From NCBI GenBank assembly GCA_965287045.1, contig OZ336870.1, positions 84,382,001 to 84,446,000 of the forward strand: DNA of 64,000 bases. Reading direction: 5' to 3'. Shown one piece after another: positions 25,508 to 40,014 of this stretch. Both the position numbers and the translations under genes were made by a program. The notes under the pieces are model-generated. The model was not told the origin of the DNA and ran no database searches. It saw only the letters and a list, made by a program, of their open reading frames with translations. The DNA comes from Carcharhinus amblyrhynchos. Taxonomy: Eukaryota. Position 1 is the stretch's first letter; each line of letters begins with the position of its first letter.

Positions 25508-26096
25508 CCACACCGTCTTTCATGTCAAAGTAATCAACACCAGATTCACAGAAACAGGATTATAGAATTATTGCATCACTGAAGGAATTTGGCCCATTGT
25601 GCCTGCAATAACTCCCCAAATAAGAAACAAATAAGTACCAATTAACACTGCCAAAATTAACACAGTAATGGTTTCAGCCTGTACTTGGGGTGGGAAGAAG
25701 TCCACATCAGGTGAATTACTGAACTCCAAGCATTTCTGATTTGCCTTATCATCTGCATGTCATCACCATCATTATGCATATTGTTTTATCCCCACAATGC
25801 AGTGTCATTCATATTAGCTCTTTCAAAAACCCTCAATTGTTTCATGAGGTCGAATGAACATTAGTTACGTCAAGCAATGCAGGTATCTTGCCTACAGGTG
25901 TGCCTTCAATCAAAACCATTAATATACATAACTTTGAATGAGATTTTTATTTGAATGGAACATTGGGATTTGATATTTTTGCCTGGGCGAATTTTGAAAT
26001 CTACAATCCTGGTGTATATGAAACTATGTAATTAATATAGTCGTCCTATAAAATGATGTGGCATTTATGCCACAGAACTATCGAAAATAGTACTTC

Positions 26097-26223
26097 GGGC
26101 AGAATTTTACCAGCACATCTGCCCAAGGTTTGTACGACCCAACCCGAGGCCAACAGGAAATGCTGTTCTCCGAGTCTCACCAGCCCCTTAAATTGGGGCA
26201 GGCAAGCCGGTAAAATTTTGGCC
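26097..26223. mobile_element. Short MITE, PIF/Harbinger-like
   Basis: TIRs gggcagaattttacc / ggtaaaattttggcc. Confidence 0.65.
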
Positions 26224-26402
26224 ATTATTCTGTAATGGTAGTAGCAACTATGGTAGTCTTCCCATTTTCCCTTCTCAACCATTCTTCAGTGTTTAATATG
26301 GCGTTGATCTTATAACATCCTCCTATGCCTCCCCTCCATCATCCAGCAATTTAGGATTGCACTTGCATGCACTATTCCTATTTGATTGTAGCATGTTCAC
26401 CT

Positions 26403-28040
26403 CAAAGAACAAAGAAAAATACAGCAAAAGAACAGGCCCCTCAGCACTCCAAGCCTAAACCAATCATGATGCCCTAACTAAATAAAAAAAACCTTCTGTC
26501 CTTACTCAGTCCATATTCCTTTATTTCTTCCCTGTTCATGTGCCCATCCAGATGCCTCTTAAGTGTTGCTAGTGTGCTTGCTTCCATCACCTCCTCTGGC
26601 AGCATGTTCCAGGCACTCACCACTCTCTGCATGAAAAGTTTTCCCCGCATATCTCCTTTAAAATTTCCCGTCCCACTCACCTTGAACCTATGTCCCCTTG
26701 TAATTGATACTTCCACCTTTGGAAAAAGCCTCTGACTATCTACCTTATCTATGCCTCTCATAATTTTGTAGCCCTCTATCAGGTCTCCCTTCAGCCTCTG
26801 TCTTTCCAGTAAAAACAATCCTAGTTTATTCAACCTCTCATCATAGCCAACACCCTGAAGACTGGACAACATCCTAGTGAACATTTTTTGCACCCTTTTC
26901 AAAGCTTCCATGTCCTTCTAAAAGTGTGGTGACCAGAACTGCATGCAATACTCCAAATGTTGCCTAACCAAGGTTTTATATAGCTGCAATATGATTTCCC
27001 CAACTCTTGTACTCAGTGTCCTGGCTGATTAAGGCAAGTATGCCAAATGCCTTCTTAATCACCTTGGCCATCTGTGTTGCCACTTTTTGGGAACTTAGGA
27101 CCAACGCGCTCAGATCCCTCAGTATGTTAATTTTCCTAAATTTCCTTAATTCACCTAAATTTGATTCACCAAAATGCATCACCTCATATTTTTTCCCAGA
27201 TTAAACTCCATCTGCCATTTCTGTGCCCCATTCTCCAATCTATTTATAGTATGTGGTATCCTGTGACAATACCCGGAACTATCAGCAACTTCACCAATCT
27301 TTGTGTCATCCACAAACTTGCTGATTAGACAACCCACATTTTCCATCAGGTCATGTATATATATCACAGCCAATAGAGGTCCCAGCATTGATCCCTACAG
27401 AACATCACTAGCTATAGTTCTCCATTCTTAAAAGCACCCTTCCATCACTACTCTCTAGCTTCTATAACCAAGCCAGTTTGTATCCATCTAGCCTGTTCAC
27501 TCTGATTCCCATGTGATTTTAGTTTTTGTACCAGTCTGCCAAGTGGGACCTTGTCAAATGCCTTACTAAAGCCCAGAAAACCTATATGAACTAGATCCAC
27601 AGCCCTTCTCCCGTCAATTATCTTTGTCACCTCTTCAAAAAACTCAATCAAGTTGGTGAGACTTGACCTCCCTACACAAAACTATGCTGCCTGTCATCAA
27701 CTAGTCCATTTTCTTCCAAATGTGCATATATCCTGCCCCTTAGTATCTTCTCCAAAAGCTTCTCACCACTGATGTCAAGCTTATCGGTTTATAATTTTCT
27801 AGATTACCCCTTCTTCCTTTCTTAAACAATGGAACAACATGGGCTATTTCCCAGTCCTCTGAAACCTTGCCTGTGGTCAAAAAGGATATGAATATATCTG
27901 GTAAGGCCCCAGCTATTTCTCCCCTTGCCTCCTGCAGTAACCTGGGATAGATTCCATGTGGCCCCAGGGATTGTCCACCTTAATGGATAACCTGGGGTAG
28001 ATCCCAACCCACCCTGGGGAATTGTCTACCTAACCATCTG
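26403..28040 (-). mobile_element. CR1 LINE, 5'-truncated (RT + C-terminus + tail)
   Basis: IEFFEEVTK...FSKAFDKVP, LGPLL...KFVDDTKIG, ALKRVQKMFTRM...WNMLPEEV. Confidence 0.92.
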
Positions 28041-28051
28041 CCATCTATTTT

Positions 28052-29088
28052 CAAAGAACAAAGAAAATTACAGCACAGGAACAGGCATTTTGGCCCTCCA
28101 AGCCTGCACCGACCGTGCTGCGCAACTTAACTAAAACCCCCTATCCTTTTGGGGATCATATCCCTCTATTCCTATTCTATTCATGTACTTGTCAAGACGC
28201 CCCTTAAAAGTCACTACTGTCTCCGCTGCCACTACCTCTCCCGGCAACAAGTTCCAGGCACCCACTAGTCCCTGTGTAAAAAATCTGCCTTGTACATCTC
28301 CTTTAAATCTTGTCCCTCGCACCTTAAACCTATGCTCCCAGTAATTGACTCTTCCACCTGGGAAAAAGCTTCTGACTATCCATTCTGTCCATGCCTCTCA
28401 TAATCTTGTAGACTTCTATCAGGTGTTCCCTCAACCTCCTTCGCTCCAGTGAGAACAAACCAAGTTTCTCCAATCTCTCCTCAAAGCTAATGCTCTCCAT
28501 ACCAGGAACCATCCCGTTAAACCTTTTCTGTACCGTCTCCAAAGCCGCCACATCCTTCTGGTAGTGTGGCAACCAGAATTGAACACTATATTCCAAGTGC
28601 GGCCTAAGGTTCTATAAACCTGCAACATGACTTGCCAATTTTTAAACACATTGCCCCGACTGATGAAGGCAAACATGCTGTATTCCTTCTTAACTGCCTT
28701 CTCCACCTGCATTGCCACTTTCAGTGACCTGTGTACCTGTTAACCCAGATCCCTTTGCCTATCAATACTCTTAAGGGTTCTGCCATTTAATGTATATTTC
28801 CTGTCTGTATTAGACCTTCCAAAATGCATTACCTCACATTTGTCCAGATTAAACTCCATCTACCATCTCTCTGCCCAAGTCTCCAACTGATCTATATCCT
28901 GCTGTATCCTCTGATGGTCCGCAAATCCACCAATCTTTGTATCATCCACAAACGTACTAACCAATCCAGTTACATTTTCCTCCAAATCATTTACATATGT
29001 TACAAACAGCAAAGGTCCCAGCACTGATCCCTGAGGAACATCACTTGTCACAGCTCTCCATTCAGAAACATATCCTTCCACTGCTACC
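28052..29088 (-). mobile_element. CR1 LINE, 5'-truncated, tandem to previous copy
   Basis: VPQGSVLGPLLF...FVDDTKIGG, EYSVQFWLPHYQKDV, WNLLPGEV. Confidence 0.92.
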
Positions 29089-29484
29089 TTACAGTATTTG
29101 GAATATGTCTTTAAATTAAATGTGCTCTGTAAATGCAAGCTGCTACATTGGAGGGTTAATCTTGGCTAGTTATAAAAATCTTTGTTGTATATTATCATTC
29201 TGCTAACTTGCAAGAATTATTATCTTGTTTAATTTTCCAATCCTAGTAGAAAGAAACAAAGAAGTCAACATTTATGCAGCACTTTTCACACCCTTAGGAA
29301 ATCCCAAAATCTCTGCACAGCCAATTTATTGCTTTTGATTTGTAAGAAAACATGGAAGCTTTGTGTATAGCAAGGCTCCAATACCAGTAATGACCATTTA
29401 ATCTATTTGGATGATGTTGACTGAGGGATAAATGTTGATCAGAATGCTGGTTTTTCTCAGAACTTTGTTTGGGATTGTTTACAT

Positions 29485-29655
29485 ACATAGAAACATAGAA
29501 GAAAGAAGCAGGAATAGGTCATTTGGCCCTTTGACCCTCCTCTGCCATTCATCATGATCATGGTCGATCGTACAACTCAATAGCCGAGTCCTGCTTTCTC
29601 CCCATAACGTTTGACCCCATTCGCCCCAAGTGCTATATCTAGTGCCTCTTGAATA
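29485..29655 (-). mobile_element. CR1 3' tail
   Basis: catagaaacatagaa...gcaggaataggtcatttggcccttt. Confidence 0.75.
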
Positions 29656-30774
29656 CTTGCGGAGTTGCTCATCGAACAGTGCATGACACCCTTAGCCCAA
29701 CCTAGATTTGTGTGGCCAAGATTATATGGACAGGGCAGGTGTAGTGAAGATCAGTACTTTCAAAAGACTAAGCCAATGTTAGGAAAATTAAGAACTACCA
29801 AAACTGAGTTGATTAAACTGTTTATAGGAAGATTTAAATGGAAGAATGATAACTGATTGACAGATATAGCAGCTGAAATAAAAAGCTTAATGACAAGCAG
29901 AGTTTGTAGTATTTGTGGTAATCATAGTTACAAAGGCAGATGAAAGAAGAAAATATTGTTGGGTTTGTCCTACAGTTTTTATTATCCGAATATAGCCCAG
30001 TGTGATTATAATGTTGTCAATCTGTTATGCATTCTTCTCCTTCAGTTCCAACTAACCCCCATTATGACTTCCATGCAACTGTAAAATAACTAAGTTACCA
30101 TCTTCACAATATCAACACAATTATATCTCCCCTTTGTCTATTGATTTTATATAGGTATCTGCGCAACGTGATCTGAACTTATCTCCTTGTCAGCCATGCA
30201 AGATATTTGTTAAAAGTAAATTGGCTAAATTTAAGCAACAAACATATTTAAAGTCACACTGAAATTGGAAACATGGAAGATCGTAATAAAAGCCAAGAAA
30301 ATATGTTTGTTGTTACTGGATTAATTCTTAATGACATTCCCTTGCTTAGTCATTTATCTATTTAAGATACCTGGTTATGTATGTAGATAAAGCAATGTCA
30401 TATGAGTAACGTAAATATTTGGCTGTTAACATCACCACAAATAATTTGGTGGAAAAAAAGAGTTAGTTAATTAATTTTTACCCAGTCCACTACCTTTGGG
30501 GCATCATTCCGAATAGACTCTCTCCTTCAGACAGAAAGTTGAGGCAATCTGTCTGACGGAATTCTGCACAGCCATCATTAATTTACTATGCACTCACACA
30601 GAATGCTGTTAATAAGAGCCGTTCTCTTCATTCTGCAATGACACACTTTGTTATTATATAAAAGTGTAGAAGTCACTAGATTCAACATATACCAAAGTGG
30701 CCAGATTGGTCCTGCTTTACAACAAGTTAACTGATTTCCAGCCAGTTGAATCACTAAAATTAGTAAGAAATTGA

Positions 30775-30964
30775 GATTGGGCAAGAAACAGCGCTTAAGT
30801 AGCAAATAATTGGTCACTTAAGGGCCTCAACTGGGGTAATGGTGGACAGCCATCCGAGGCCTTGCCTGCTGGCGCAAGAACGCTGAGAGGTGGGATGGGC
30901 GGGAACCCATTCATGATCATTTACACTCCAAACCTGCCAGCAGAGGGCCATAAAATTTGGGCCC
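30775..30964. mobile_element. Harbinger-like terminal fragment
   Basis: Ends in taaaatttgggccc, the TIR type seen in other copies. Confidence 0.4.
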
Positions 30965-31351
30965 AAATGCTCCTTTCTTGAGAGAGGAGCTTTCACCTGT
31001 CTTGATGCTAACTTCTAAAGCTTCTTTTCAAATTGTTTTGCTTTGTTGCCTCATTGCCTACCTTAAAATACTTTCTTAAAACTCTCTTACCTTCAACCAA
31101 CTTTCTCAAATTCCCCAACACTTGACTTGAGCTAACTGTTGCCAATGTGAAGTGTATCGGACATATTAAAAGCACTATTCAATCGGAGGTTGTTTAGGTT
31201 TTTTTTACTGAGACTGGTGGAGCTCAAAAACACAGATGCAACTGTGAATGCAAAGGAACCGATCACGTTTGAATAACAGACCATAAAGTACATCTTGCCA
31301 ATCCTCCCTACAAAGGACAAATATAATGTTTTTTCTTGCTATTTGAATTAA

Positions 31352-31719
31352 GTAGGCAATGGCTAAATGGTCCTATCGCCAGACCATTAATCCAGAAACT
31401 CAGGTAATGTTATGGGGACCCAGCTTTGAATCCCACCACTGCAGATGGTGGAATTTGAATTTGATAAAAAAAATCCAGAATTAGGAATCTACTAATAATC
31501 TTGAAACCATTGTTGATTGTCAGAAAAACCAACCCGGTTCACTATTACCATTCTTTAGGGAAGAAATCTGCCATCCTTACCTGGTCTGGCCTATATATGA
31601 TTCTAGAGCCACAACAATATGGTTGACTATCAACTGTCCCCCAAGGGCAACTAGGAATGGGCAATAAATACTGGCCAGTCAGCAATGCCCATGTCCCACA
31701 AACGATTTTTTAAAAAAAT
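31352..31719 (+). mobile_element. tRNA-derived SINE (non-V core) sharing its 3' tail with the second LINE family
   Basis: A/B-box-like head (tggctaaatgg...tttgaatccc); tail aagggcaactaggaatgggcaataaatactggcc matches 12874..12910 and 48852..48890. Confidence 0.75.
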
Positions 31720-31899
31720 CACCTTTATCCATCTCCAGAGATAAAATTTATTGGAGGAAGAGGCTATTTTGAATGCCAAGATGAAGTGTTAAAATCATGG
31801 TGCCAACATAACTGAAGAGTCAAGCAGAAAAGAGGAGACATTGGGCAGTAGTGATCACGGAATGACAGGTTTTGAATTCAAATCCAGGTTTGATGGACC

Positions 31900-31950
31900 A
31901 AAACTTCATTGCAGTGTTAATGTAAACCTACTTGTGACACTAATAAAAAA
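31900..31950 (+). mobile_element. Isolated 'B' tail of V-SINE
   Basis: aacttcattgcagtgttaatgtaaacctacttgtgacactaataaa. Confidence 0.7.
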
Positions 31951-33709
31951 TGCATCAAATGTACATTTTCCTCTTCCAATTGCCTGTCAGAGGACAGTGA
32001 CTTATGAGTTAAGTACATAAATGGTCTTGTAAGCGAATGTCAAGCAATACTCCGGCAATGGCTCCTGCTCGAGTTTTGGTACATTGAAATGAATCTGGAA
32101 AACATTTGTGGCTGACAGTAACCTGGCATTTCATAGAATAAAAGTTCGCATTTTGATTATCATGCATTGATAATCAATTCATTTCTCACTGAGGCGGCTG
32201 TGATTGTAAAATAACACCTAATGTTGGTGTGAATGGAGTTTTTAAATACACAGGAATGCTGTCTGGTGCAAGTTTGGGTTAAAAGTGTTTTGAGTTCTTC
32301 CTACAGACCAAGTCATGTAATGTAATTAAACACTTTGGAAAATGACCAAATAGATCTTACCGGTTTCACATGTACCCGTTTAAATGCGTGTTGTGTTATT
32401 TCGTCGTATTCGTTATTTTGCTCCCCTTTTCGGTGTTCGGGGCCACAGAACCTGTTGAGCGATGAATCTGCCTGAGCCTGTCCAACGCTGGTCTAAAAGC
32501 GCTCGCTAGGAAGCGCTGAAGAGTACTGAGTCAGGATCTCTCATTTGGGAATGCGGTTTGCATTTACTCATTACAACCCCGTGGTGTTACCAGCAAGATT
32601 AGGTACCAGTCCTGTGCACAATCGAAATCCACGCACTCAAAAGCTAATAAAACTCAAGGATGCTTTCTGATTCGAATATTAGTCGTTTATTGCTCCTGAA
32701 CACTTCAAAATTGCCGCATGATGAATTACAGTGGCTTCCTCTCACCCACTCTTCTATCGAAACCACTTTATATTTGCATTTCAACTATTGTAGCCTTTTA
32801 AAGAGTAAAAAGGCAGGGCCGCGGTTCAATGACATCCATGCTGGTTCTTACTTTAACCCATTATTATGGCAAATGGGTGGCGTGTGATTCCAATTTCACT
32901 TTCGTAACCTAATATAATTTCATTTTCATTCTCGATATTTGAAAGTTGCAAAAAAGCCACTAAGCTGTCTTGTGATCTTTGGACCTGTCTGAAATCAGTG
33001 CGCGGCATTGGTAAAATAACGCAATCATTATTGAGAATGGACAAGCGGTAACATTTCCTACAACATTTATATTGATCATGTTTAAGCCGCATTGTCTCTC
33101 TCACGCACACAGATAAAGCCTTCGATTGATTCTGTATAAACATTTACCATTCCACTGGAGTTTTTATATATTGTCCCTAATCTATTGTTATCGACAGCCC
33201 CCGGGCATCTCCTTCAAAGCATTTCAAATATCTGCACTTCCAATCATTTTTTTGTTCAGCTCCTTCAAAGAATATTTTCGAGGCTTAAAGGTATAATTAA
33301 CGTCCATAGACTTTCCCAAGTTATTAAACAAATGTCGCAGGTGCAAGACATCACAATCGAAGCATTTAAAGCATGTCAAACAAGAGAAAGTTTTTAGATG
33401 AAGAAAGCTGATCGGGTTTAATTACAAATACGCCGGCCACCAACAGTGTAACCATGCAGTATTCTACAAAAATAAAACTTCCCTCGCAGCCTGCAGCAGC
33501 ACCATGTCCTGTTCACATCGACCAACCCATATCACGGCACCGCTAATGGATTTTTTTTAAATATTGGTTTAATTCATGTCGAGTTTTCAAATAGATTTTA
33601 GAAAGCACTGTCTGAAAGGAGGAAAACTGAAACTCCTAAAGGTTAGTCGAATCTTTCTTCGCGCTGAAGTTTGCACTCATTGTGAACTTTAATTGTAGCG
33701 GGCTAATAA

Positions 33710-33925
33710 TTTGATTTATTCTTGTCGCATGTATTAACATACAGCGAAAAGTATTGTTTGTTGCGCGCTATACAGACAAAACATACCGTTCATAGAGAAG
33801 GAAACGAGACAGTGCAGAATGTGGTGTTGCAGTCAAAGCTAGGGTTTAGAGAAAGATCAACTTAATGCAAGATAGGTCCATTCAAATAGCAGCAGGAAAG
33901 AAGCTGTTCTTGAGTCGATAGGTAT
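33710..33925 (-). mobile_element. Rex1/Babar-like LINE 3' fragment directly upstream of the KCTD8 promoter
   Basis: Reverse-complement similarity to 54520..54760 (aagctgttcttgagt, gaaagatcaactt, cagacaaaacatacc). Confidence 0.75.
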
Positions 33926-34010
33926 GAGGCAGAGGTTACAGGTAGAGATGGAGTGGATTTCCATTTACTTTTCAATCCAGACTTGCAAAGTCCCCTCCCT
34001 GCAGCCTGGC

Positions 34011-34018
34011 TGACGTCA
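34011..34018. promoter_or_regulatory. Full palindromic CRE (CREB/ATF site) in putative KCTD8 proximal promoter
   Basis: TGACGTCA (within cTGACGTCAg) about 240 bp upstream of the ATG, at the edge of the GC-rich leader. Confidence 0.6.
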
Positions 34019-34201
34019 GGGTACTTCCCCAGACTCTCTCCTGTATCCTGGTGCTGCCAGTTGGTCCACTGCCTCTCTCTTCATCGCGCACACATACACC
34101 ATCCCCTCGCCCTCCCCTGTCCTGCCGTCGCCTTCTGGAGGAGCCGCCGCCTTGCCTCCCCAGTGGGGAATGTGCACACACTCTCCGCCTGGGAGCTGTG
34201 A

Positions 34202-35113
<912 letters not shown>

Positions 35114-36599
35114 TGAGAGCAAAGCCAGGGAACCCCCAACACCCTGATTCCCACACAGGGGACAAGGTGAACATGGGATCAAAGTGTATGAAGTTCCAGT
35201 TAAACTCGCTGTGCACCTTACAGTCAGGCGATTCGTCTTTGCACGAACTTTTTCTCCAAGCACTGTTGCGGCCCCTTTTCCTTACTCTTGTTTTCGATGC
35301 GTGTGGGAGTTCCTGCATGAGGTAGGAATTAATTCTGATTGCATTGAAAATTGATTCATTCAGCTAAAACGGGCGAGTAGCTCCACACAAACATTTCCCA
35401 TTAACTCTAGGTCAATGATCCCAAGCCCTTCCACTACCCAACCATTGTTGACATGTGGAAAAGCAAATAACGCACCTTTCTTTAGGACTTGAAGGTATTC
35501 CCATTCAGGACAGAAAGTGGACTATACATTTACAATGGGGAGGAGTTGGGGGGGGGGGGTGGAATTCCCAACAGGAGTTGGGCACAGAACACCCCCAGCT
35601 TCCTTCTAACATTCCTCCTATTCGTTTGGGAACAAGTGGCCAAGTTTAGAAACTGCACAATAATCGCGTGGGTTCCCCTTTTGACTTTCTGTAGAATTAA
35701 CTTCTATAAAACATCTCAGCTAGTGGTATATAAAACGTTCATGTTTGGTTCAGTGTATTTCTAAAATGAGATTCGGTGCACTTGATCGTTTTGGGCACGG
35801 CTGTAGTCCCGAAGCCTGTGAGAGAACTGCTCAACTCAGTGGATGGGAAAAGCACCGATGGCTTTTGAATTATTTTGCTTTATTGTTGGAAGGACTGGAG
35901 TCAGCTTCGAGTCAATTCAAACAGCGAGCAGTCAGAGTGTAAACACTAGAGAGAGGGGGGCTGAGTGTGGGGAGGCAGCACTAACCGGTATCAAAGAGAC
36001 AAATCAGCCTACCAGAGGGAGCAGGATCGATCAAGGAAAAGTCTTGTGTGTGGATTACTTTCAGATTTGCCGGAATATCGCCTTTCAGCGGTGAGATCAA
36101 TAGTGAATCCCCATAGTACAGAATCCTGACTCGTCGGCATACTGTCATGACAGCAAGAAAACATTTCAGCCCCTTCTCTGCTGTCACTGTCTATTCAGAC
36201 GTTTGTTCCTTATTGGCCCCCATTGTCATTTTTTAAACGAGGCAACGCCGAATGATTTATCTGTACGATCCTCCAGCAGGATATGCAAGAACGCGCTGGT
36301 AATAGTGTTGGACTCCTCGCTGCCGATAGTAAACAGATGTTGTATAATTGAGTCGGCATCTATGCAGTTCTGAATATAAACAAAGCAACCAGGCATGCAA
36401 ACTGTTAAAAGCCCCATTCATTCCACACACGACTGATATATATATACGTATGAGGATATAGGACAAGAGACGTGGGATATCATTCAATGTGAACTGGGCA
36501 GAGACTTGAAGTTTTGTTTAGAGCTACAGCGTGACCAGGAATTTTGTTTATATCACAGCTGCCCAGTTATTGAAGCTAAAATCTTAGCCTAGCAATGGG

Positions 36600-36745
36600 A
36601 ACAAAATGCTGCGGATGCCAATCTGAAACAAAAACAAACTTGTGTAAAATTCTCCGCCAAGTCAGGGAGTATCGGTGGACAGAGAAAGTGTGAACCGCTG
36701 ATTTTCCGATAGAGCTGGGAGATGTTAGACATGAACAGTTTTAAA
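36600..36745 (-). mobile_element. Penelope-like terminal fragment
   Basis: caaaatgctgcggatgcc-aatctgaaacaaaaac similar to 3325 and 52955. Confidence 0.45.
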
Positions 36746-38989
36746 TGTAAATATACGTGTAGATTTCACGAGACTCTTTATTTCACTTTTAGTTACCGAC
36801 TTGTATGGATTACAATCCCCTTTTCTTGCATCTCGCTACTTTACAACATGGTTGGTGTTTCTTTGAATTCACTATATTTCTTAATTTCAGAGATCTTGCC
36901 CTACACATCCTCTCTCTTTAGAGACTTCACTGTGTTGAAATGAAGAAGTATCTCGCGGGCTGCCAGTCCGATTCATTCTTTCACAAGACCTCCTTTACAT
37001 CCTTTGGCCTTTCCCTTTCACAGACTCCTAAGGCTGTAACTTACCAATTGACCACTCTGATTTCCTTCGCCATTTCGACTTTAATCTCCACTTTTCACCT
37101 CAGTCATTGTGAAATGAGCTGCTCTTTTGTAAAACGGGAACGACCACGGTGAATTGGGGAAATGATTCGTGTATATGATGTGACTAACTTCTACTTTCAG
37201 AACTTCACTTGAGTTGACATTTATTTGGGCGTGGGTTGGAGGGAGGGATCAGCTGCCTTGCTCCTCCGCACAGATTCGTTTGTACGCGCTCAAGCATTAC
37301 AAGGCATAAAATCTATTTTCAGATTTTAACGAGTATTTATGTTAATATAACTATCCAACGCAATAATTCTACAAAGTCCTCATGGAATACTCCTTGCATT
37401 TTTTTCAGACAATGGTTTTTCATGTTTTATTTTTCTCTAAACTCTAAACAATCGTTTCAGCCTTGTGGTTGTTATAATTCATGTAAATTAGATCCAGCTG
37501 AACTTTAACAATCTACAGCCTAGAAATCACTCTGTGCTCATAGAGTATCACTTAAGGCTATTGAAATTGTAGGGCATTGATTTCGTTGCTTTTTTTAGTC
37601 CTCCTAAAATAGCAGACAACGTAATATGGGCATGCTAAGTGTCTGTATACCAATATCAAACATAGCGATTCCGAGCTTTGCCACTCTCTCGCCCAACCGT
37701 TGAGTGAATTAAATGAAGTAAATTAATTTATACTCATACACTTGCAGAGTTCAATCAGTGGTACAGCCACGACTGAAGAAGTAGAGGCAATTCTGAGATG
37801 TGGAGTTGGTGCCAAGGAAAGAGAGGGCATAATCTAAACCAAACACAAACTGGGGAACATCTGTACATTCATACATCTTTTGGTTTAAGAGCTCAGTCAG
37901 GATAGTATGAGAATATGCAGAAGAAATAAATACACAAACATGGATAATGGCATAGACAAGTCCAGATTAGAGTCAAAATATTATTATCATGCACCCTATG
38001 TCTGATCTGTGACTATTAAAATTCAACTCTGATGTTTGCAACTGCAAGGAAATACTTCAGTCTGTTATTGCCATATTATTATATTTTTAACATCTTACTT
38101 TGAGTACAAAAAGTGCCCACTTTTATCTAAAGGTTTTGCGAGGGCCTAGATTAACTTGTTTTGCTGCCATGCTTGATGTTTCATGCAGGTAAGTTCCAGT
38201 GAGGTGTTTGTTTCTAGGCTGGTGAATGGTCTGTCTGAGTCTTGTGATATGGCATCCTCAGACTGTGTGACTTCTGAGCCTTTATCCTCCTCCTCTATCA
38301 CTTCCTGCGGGATGCTTGAAGGATCTGTGGTTGATGAAAGACATGAATTTAGAATAGTCAAGGTTAGGTGCTGTTAAATAATCACTGGTGCACATCTTCA
38401 TATCTCGCTGGTTGCTGATATGTTTGCATCCCATGTGGCTGGGCTATATTTAATTCTGTTGCCAGATGTTGGGATGCCCCCATCTCTCCACCTCTGATGG
38501 CAGGTATGCTAAGACTCAGCTTACTATATCTTCTTTTGCAGCTGTCAATATGGGGATAATTGCAGAGCCACATCTGGTTTGCTGCCTCTTTCTAATGATC
38601 CATGAGGGTGAATAATAGTGTATTGAGTGGATGGATGGGCAGCATTTGTGGAAGGTCATTTCGATAAGGTTGAATATTGCTAGTGATGGTCAGATGGAGG
38701 TGTAAGGAGATATAGAGACAGAGATGTACATCAAAATATGTATGTGTAAAGATGTGCAAGCGTAGACTTGGGAAGACAAAGCAGGAAGCTAGGGTTAGAT
38801 GTGTATCAAGATATAATCGAAAGTACTATTAATCACAAGGCCAAGTGTGACCCAATTAGGTCACTAAACTTTTTCTGGCATTGTATCCAGGAGTGCAGCA
38901 TCAAATTCCTACTTCCTCAGCAATTTCCTACAATGCTTTCTTATTTGCTGAGGCATGCTTCTTCCTCCCACTTGCAGTTTTAAAAAAAA

Positions 38990-39420
38990 AATCTCAGCCT
39001 GCAGAATCAGCTGTACGGTGGGATCTCTGACTTGAGGCATTACCTTACCACATTGTGGTTGGGATGTGTGACATGAGGTATTGCCATACCACATTGTAAA
39101 ACCAGCCAGCAAGGTTTCCAACCAAGCATGGGTGGCTGTGGTCAGCATTAATCTCTTTCAGAAGAGGACAGCTATCCAATGCAGGAAGAGGATGAATGAT
39201 CTCTTCCGTTCTGCCAGGGTAAATTCACTCTTCTCATCACTCTCACCTCACACACCTATCAGACATTCACAGAGATCTCACCCACCACCAATTCAAGGGA
39301 CCTCACCATTCACTGTCCCACAGACATCTTCATTCCTCTATGGTTTGTGTTCTCATCACCTCACTGTTCCCATTCACCACCCACACAGGCTAAGCATCCT
39401 TATCATCTGCTCTGGCGGCT
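38990..39420 (+). mobile_element. PIF/Harbinger Myb/SANT-like ORF remnant
   Basis: SNQAWVAVVSINLFQKRTAIQCRKRMNDLFRSAR|gtaaat; same motif and donor position as 8575..8685. Confidence 0.6.
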
Positions 39421-39493
39421 GCTCATATGGAGATTTTGGTGTAAGCCTTTGTGCACTGTTGCAGGATGTGCACTCTGTGGTGCAGACCCACAC

Positions 39494-39605
39494 AGTTCAG
39501 AAGAAGAGTCATATTTGACTCAAAATGTTAACTTTGTTTTTCTCACCACATATGCTGCCAGACCTGCTGAGATCTTCCAGCATTTTTTTGTTTTTAGTTT
39601 AGATC
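39494..39605 (+). mobile_element. Penelope-like terminus with decayed hammerhead-like motif
   Basis: AGTT-CAGAAGA-A-GAGTC..GACTC-AAAA-TG-TT-AACT followed by tgctgccagacctgctgagatcttccagcattt. Confidence 0.6.
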
Positions 39606-40014
39606 TGAATGCTAGCTTGCTTAATTACAGAATGATGAATTCAGGAGTTGTAATGGCTCAGTGATTGTCTAAGAGGTTAGGTCACCTTTAATAAAGGACA
39701 AATTAATCCATACTCCACATTTTCAGCTTGTGATCTCTTGCTCCAGTTTAAATTTTCAGGCATGATTATTGTATATTTGGATGATTCTTGATAAGTCTAT
39801 CTTGCATGACTTAAGTGGTTAACTGCTCAACCTTAGGTTTCTAATCTAAAATAGCTTAAAATTCATCCCTTCAGAGTTTGTATAGATTTAGTTTTAGATC
39901 TATTCGAAACAATATACTAATTTTTGAATCAAAATACAAGTCATGCAAATCAAAGCAAGGCTGGAAAACACAATTGAAGTTTATTAACTCAATTTTCAAA
40001 CAATTTCGCACTTA

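Noticed and set aside
27938-28033. ~45-bp imperfect direct duplication
   Set aside because: Diverged local duplication at the 5' truncation of a CR1; no sign of function
33495-33515. RE1/NRSE site (gcagcaccatgtcc)
   Set aside because: Only the left half-site; lacks GGACAG
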